DNA of 64,000 nucleotides, from the NCBI GenBank assembly GCA_963793265.1, contig CAWBZI010000003.1, positions 64,069 to 128,068 on the forward strand. The letters are read 5' to 3'. The first letter of the stretch is position 1; each line of letters opens with the position of its first letter. Shown here piece after piece: positions 59,653 to 64,000 of this stretch. The notes below the pieces were generated by a model that was given only the letters and a program-made list of their open reading frames with translations, made no database searches and was not told where the DNA came from. A program made the position numbers and the translations under genes. The stretch is from an uncultured cyanobacterium. GTDB lineage: Bacteria; Cyanobacteriota; Cyanobacteriia; Phormidesmidales; Phormidesmidaceae.

Positions 59653-61044
59653 GTGACTATCGTGAGCTATCCCTATCAAAGTCCAGCGGAGAATAACGAT
59701 TCAGCAGAACCGACTCTCTCTATTTTTTTCCAGCTCGATCCTTTTAATCCGACAATTGGCGGCATCCAAACCTGTATCAAGTACGTGCTCAAGTATGCGC
59801 CTGCGGCCTTTCGCATTCAGCTTGTCGGCATCACGAACAATGAACAGGCCGTTGGGCAGTGGCAAAAAGCGCAACTGTATGGGCGTGAGTTTGATTTTTT
59901 GCCTCTACTAAAAGTAGTTGACGATAATGTACGTGGGACAGTTCCGACCACGCTAAAGTATGCGCTGGCTTTGAGAAAATACCTGAAGCGTCAGGCGATC
60001 GCCGCTGACTTTTACCAGTTTCACCGTATCGAGCCTACCCTTTTTGCCAAGCCGCTGCAGGGCACTAAGATCCTCTACATCCACAACGACATCTATCAGG
60101 AAGTAAAAGGCAAGCAGAAGGGCGGTATTTTGTGGAAGCGTTTTCCCTGGGCTTATTTTGCAATGGAAAAGCGACTCGTATCCCAGTTTGACCGCATCTT
60201 GTCCTGCAATTCTGAGTCGGTTAGGCTCTACCGGCAGCAGTATCCAGCGATCGCTCAGCGCGTATCTTACCTGCGCAATACTTTCGATGGCGAACTGTTC
60301 TATCCCCTCACGCCGCCTGAAAGAAAAGCCGCCACTCGGCAGCTTGCTCAGCAGTTAGGGCTACCGGCAGACACACGCTTCATTTTGTTTGCAGGCAGGC
60401 TCCATCCGCAAAAGCAGCCTGCGCTACTCGTACAGGCGTTGGCGAAGCTGCAAGAGACTATAGATCAACCCAAAACCCATCTGCTCGTGGTAGGCAAGGG
60501 CGAGCTAGAAGACGAACTGCGCGCTGAGATCGACCGGCTTAACTTAAACAATCAGGTCACGCTACTCGGATCGCTTCCCCAAGCTGAACTTGCTGATTTG
60601 TATCGAACCTGCGACCTTTTTGCGCTTACCAGTGCCTATGAAGGACTTGCCAGAGGGAGCTTAGAGGCTCTGGCCTGTGGGACGCCTGTGGTGACAACGA
60701 GAGCGGGTGAGACACCAAACTTTTTGGCGGCAGATAGCGGGCTGGTTTGTGAGTCTACGGCTGAGGCGATCGCCCAAAGCTGGCAAACCGTTTTACAAGC
60801 GCCCCAAGCCTTTCCTGCTGAAGCCTGCGTTCGCGTCGCTGGCCCCTATGAAGCTAGCCTAGTTGTCACAGAGCTTTACTCAGACCTGCTAAACCAGTGG
60901 CGAGGCACACACTCGAAGGCTTCAGCAGCCGTACCTGAACAAAGCCAGTCTCAAAATAGTCAGTCTCAAAATAGTCAGTCTCAAAATAGTCAGCAGCCAT
61001 CGGCAGGAGATAAAGAGCTTGTTCTAAAAGAGTTGTCGCGGTGA
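59653..61044 (+). CDS. Glycosyltransferase family 4
   Basis: GGIQT, FAGRL..QK, SAYEG..LEALACGTP. Confidence 0.9.
   Translation: MTIVSYPYQSPAENNDSAEPTLSIFFQLDPFNPTIGGIQTCIKYVLKYAPAAFRIQLVGITNNEQAVGQWQKAQLYGREFDFLPLLKVVDDNVRGTVPTTLKYALALRKYLKRQAIAADFYQFHRIEPTLFAKPLQGTKILYIHNDIYQEVKGKQKGGILWKRFPWAYFAMEKRLVSQFDRILSCNSESVRLYRQQYPAIAQRVSYLRNTFDGELFYPLTPPERKAATRQLAQQLGLPADTRFILFAGRLHPQKQPALLVQALAKLQETIDQPKTHLLVVGKGELEDELRAEIDRLNLNNQVTLLGSLPQAELADLYRTCDLFALTSAYEGLARGSLEALACGTPVVTTRAGETPNFLAADSGLVCESTAEAIAQSWQTVLQAPQAFPAEACVRVAGPYEASLVVTELYSDLLNQWRGTHSKASAAVPEQSQSQNSQSQNSQSQNSQQPSAGDKELVLKELSR
60946..60993. repeat. 15-bp tandem repeat CAGTCTCAAAATAGT x3 (QSQNS)
   Basis: Three exact units. Confidence 0.9.
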
Positions 61045-61137
61045 TCTATCAATCCGCCTTTTTCCTAGTCTTTAGCGCCTGTGAATTCCTATGGACTTCA
61101 AGGTCTATCTCGCATCTGCCGATACCCTATCAACACT

Positions 61138-62325
61138 ATGAAAATTGCTGTTATTGGCTCAAAAGGACTGCCACCTCACCAGGGTGGAATTGAGCATCAC
61201 TGCGCCGAAATCTATCCGCGCATGGTAGCTGCTGGACATCGTGTTGATTTGTATGCGCGGGCTTCTTATAACGGCAGAAGGGCGGGGCGGGTGAAGTATT
61301 ACAAGGGCGTGCGGGTGATCACGATGCCTTCAATTAAGGTGCGCGGCATTGATGCGTTGGCTTGCTCTGGAATGTCGGCAGCGATCGCTACGCTTAAAAG
61401 CCCCCTCGGCAAACCCTATGACATCGTTCACTTTCACGCGCTTGGCCCTTCCCTCTTCACACCATTTCCCCGAATCTTTTCCAAAGCCAAAATTCTCACC
61501 ACTTGCCACGGCCTTGACTGGAAGCGCGCCAAGTGGGGCAATTTTTCTAGCCGCATCATCAAAACCGGGGAGCAAACTGCCGTAAAGTTTGCCGATCGTT
61601 TGGTGGTCGTCTCAGAAGCCCTACAAGACTACTTTTACAAAGCCTACGGCAAAGAATCGACCTACATTGAGAACGCGCCCGTCACCTACGCCGACTCCGA
61701 TCGTCGGTTTGCCTACGGCTATTCGCTCGGCCTAACGCCGCAAAAGTACATCGTCTTTGTGGGCAGACTGGTGCCTGAAAAGCGCGTAGACCTGCTGCTT
61801 CATGCCTTCCAACGGCTACGCCCGCAGGGCTGGAAGCTGGCACTCGTCGGCGATAGAAGCGACACCAACGCCTTTACAAACGAGCTGTTGCAGATTGCCG
61901 ATAATAATCCCAACATCGTTTTTACCGGCGAGCTTCAGGGCGCTCGGCTTTCGGAGCTGATGCGCGGAGCCGGTTTATTTACGCTGCCTTCGGATGTAGA
62001 GGGGTTGCCTTTAGCGCTTTTAGAAGCGATGCAGGAAGGCATTCCAGCGGTGGTGAGCGATATTCCGGTACACCAGCAGATTATAGGAGTTGACCGCGGC
62101 ATAACGTTTGAAACAGGCAATCTCAATAACCTGCACGATCGCTTAGGTTGGGCACTGACGCATCCGCAGCAGATGGCTCGAATGGCACAAAAGGCTGGGG
62201 TTTACGTGCGATCGCACCACAACTGGGAAACCATCACCGACAAATACATCAGCCTGTACGAATCGCTGCTCAACGTCTCTAGCCGAACGCTAGAGCCTGT
62301 TCAGGTCGGCTCCAAACTGCCCTGA
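61138..62325 (+). CDS. Glycosyltransferase family 4
   Basis: MKIAVIG..GGIE, GRLVPEK, EGLPLALLEAM. Confidence 0.92.
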   Translation: MKIAVIGSKGLPPHQGGIEHHCAEIYPRMVAAGHRVDLYARASYNGRRAGRVKYYKGVRVITMPSIKVRGIDALACSGMSAAIATLKSPLGKPYDIVHFHALGPSLFTPFPRIFSKAKILTTCHGLDWKRAKWGNFSSRIIKTGEQTAVKFADRLVVVSEALQDYFYKAYGKESTYIENAPVTYADSDRRFAYGYSLGLTPQKYIVFVGRLVPEKRVDLLLHAFQRLRPQGWKLALVGDRSDTNAFTNELLQIADNNPNIVFTGELQGARLSELMRGAGLFTLPSDVEGLPLALLEAMQEGIPAVVSDIPVHQQIIGVDRGITFETGNLNNLHDRLGWALTHPQQMARMAQKAGVYVRSHHNWETITDKYISLYESLLNVSSRTLEPVQVGSKLP

Positions 62326-62329
62326 TCTA

Positions 62330-63250
62330 TCAGGACAATTCTCGCTTTACGCGAAAGTACGTATCCTTCGCCCACCGCGTACTCTGATGCACCCCGCGCG
62401 TCAGATTTCGATACAGCGGCCAAACTCTACTAGGCTCATTTGTCAGCTCAGCGTCACTGTAGCCATAAGACTTCGCCATTTCAAACACGTCAGGCGCAAG
62501 CGAAAATCCAAAGAGCGGATCTTGCTGCCACTTCAGCAGCGACTTTTTATTTAAGCAGCGCGCTTCAGCACTCGGAGCCGCAGCGCAAAAATCGAACACG
62601 GGTAAAAGCGGATCTAAAGAAGTCGCCAAATCTTCGTAGCGAATGATCACCACTTTGCCATTGGGAGCGCCAGATGATTTCTGTGTGTAGTCGCCTAACT
62701 GCGCTGAGAGTCGCCGCAGATTAGCGTAAGCCGTTAGCCATTCGTACTGCAAAGCTTCTGGCGGCGTTTTCCAGCGGCGAAATGCTGAATACAGCGTGTC
62801 CATCGGATTGCGCACTAGGCCAATTAATAGAAAATCTACCTCGCCTTGCAATGTCTCTATGCACTCTGCAATCAGGGATAGCGCTGACCATTGCAGCAGG
62901 TGGTGGGGGGATTTTTCTAAGAAAATGGGGGAGTAGCGATCGCACAGTCGCCGCCACCCATCCATAATCAGATCTCGATCGTCACTAGGCGGAACATAGT
63001 CTTGCAAATTATCTTGCAACAGCTTTACCAAATCCCGTCGAGCAGCCGCCTGCGGAATCGGCACCTCACTGTCCAACATATTCTGCTGCTTCAAATTCAG
63101 CACCGAAGCAGCCTTCGTCCAGTACAGCGACTCATTCTCAAAGTGCCGCGTCTTCTCCACGCATTTCATTTCTACAGCCTGCGCTAGCAGCCGCTGCACC
63201 GCGCTAGAGCCCGACGACTTGTTTGAAAGAATGAGAACAGATTTATTCAT
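62330..63250 (-). CDS. Sulfotransferase family protein
   Basis: PAPS-binding-like SNKSSGSS, EKSPHH, LVRNP.D...S, IRYEDL. Confidence 0.75.
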   Translation of the reverse strand: MNKSVLILSNKSSGSSAVQRLLAQAVEMKCVEKTRHFENESLYWTKAASVLNLKQQNMLDSEVPIPQAAARRDLVKLLQDNLQDYVPPSDDRDLIMDGWRRLCDRYSPIFLEKSPHHLLQWSALSLIAECIETLQGEVDFLLIGLVRNPMDTLYSAFRRWKTPPEALQYEWLTAYANLRRLSAQLGDYTQKSSGAPNGKVVIIRYEDLATSLDPLLPVFDFCAAAPSAEARCLNKKSLLKWQQDPLFGFSLAPDVFEMAKSYGYSDAELTNEPSRVWPLYRNLTRGVHQSTRWAKDTYFRVKRELS

Positions 63251-63344
63251 GGAAAGTTTGGCATCAGATAAATCCTCACGGTTGGTAAAGGCGTACGTCT
63301 AATTATTCTGCAAGAGAATTGGCTGGGTTGTAACCAAGCGAGTC

Positions 63345-63910
63345 TTATTCCAGAAGCCAAGCAAATAATTCTTTGAATCGAAAGCTTTAACTCATCTGCG
63401 AACGCTGGTACAGGAACAATCTGATCTGGCTTGTCCAGCACTTGAGGTTCTTGTTTCGGGCGATAGATGAACACAGTTTGTTCTCTCGGATCAATCAACC
63501 AACCCACTTTGGTTCCATGCTGTAGACAGTGCAAGATATTCTTCGTTACTCTCGTTTGGTTTTGGTCGGGAGACAAAATTTCAATTGTCCAATCTGGCGG
63601 AGCCAGAGAACGTGTTGGCAACCTCTCCATTCTCATCCCGTGGAATTCGGTTCCACAGAAAAACTGCAATATCAGGCACCGTTGAACGGTCACCAAAGGT
63701 ACATCGCAGTTCAGGAAATGCACGAGCAACGCGTCTACGTTTAACCACCCCATTGATAGCGGGCACCAATTCGCCTTGAATAACGCTATGTTTTCCTTGA
63801 GGCGTCGGTTTTTGAGTAATTTGGCCATTGATGTACTCACTGACAGGCTCCGTCTTCGGCAACCGCAAAAACTCTGCCAAGGTCAGCGTCTTAGAGGGTG
63901 CTTGTATCAT
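63345..63910 (-). CDS. Uma2 family endonuclease, two frameshifts (near 63600 and 63372)
   Basis: EYINGQI.QKP.PQGKHS, VPDIAVF, then PDWTIEILSP, GWLIDP; the end QELFAWLLE* is in a third frame. Confidence 0.85.
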
Positions 63911-64000
63911 GGAGGGTTGCCTCTACGCCTACTAAATCTGAAATTAACCGCCATTCTATCTATAAGATTGAATGAGGCATGATTCTATCACTGAACTATA

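Larger units (their letters stand above)
1..64000. repeat. HIP1 octamer GCGATCGC dispersed throughout
   Basis: Many dozens of copies (e.g. 414, 477, 4321, 17369); sparse or absent in 5.1-6.9 kb, the IS and selO. Confidence 0.95.

Noticed and set aside
7423..62967. Numerous 60-150 aa ORFs overlapping longer genes
   Set aside because: Alternate-frame or antisense ORFs with no recognisable motifs
63247..63840. 197-aa ORF as a separate gene
   Set aside because: It is the shifted middle part of the Uma2 gene with out-of-frame flanks
1..64000. CRISPR array, cas genes, tRNA, rRNA
   Set aside because: No regularly spaced repeat-spacer array or matching motifs seen; the tandem repeats present lack spacers

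Overview
This is a cyanobacterial chromosome segment. HIP1 octamers (GCGATCGC) are dense, and it carries an hli gene, rnpB-rnc and a deoC-recO-MFS-dgdA-like block; it resembles the Leptolyngbyaceae, but that assignment is inference. Core content includes a Dam-type methylase end, RNase P RNA, RNase III, a Gld-like ABC system, and three blocks of exopolysaccharide genes (wzy-like, wza, wzc, wcaF-like, many GT2/GT4, a sulfotransferase). There are two accessory regions: a small AT-rich toxin-antitoxin plus DUF262/DUF1524 islet (about 5.1-6.9 kb) and a larger patchwork (about 28.2-45.3 kb). The larger one holds an intact IS5-family element, decayed type I restriction-modification/HNH defence genes, TA modules, selO, and a kinase-linked Trk K+ uptake/antiporter operon. 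The most notable unexplained signal is a 106-bp TATAGC...GCTATA element present twice (33216-33321, 57871-57976) with compensatory base-pair changes, plus related half-sites at boundaries of accessory gene blocks. Several single-base frameshifts look like sequencing or assembly errors. All product calls come from motif recognition by eye; no database search was run.
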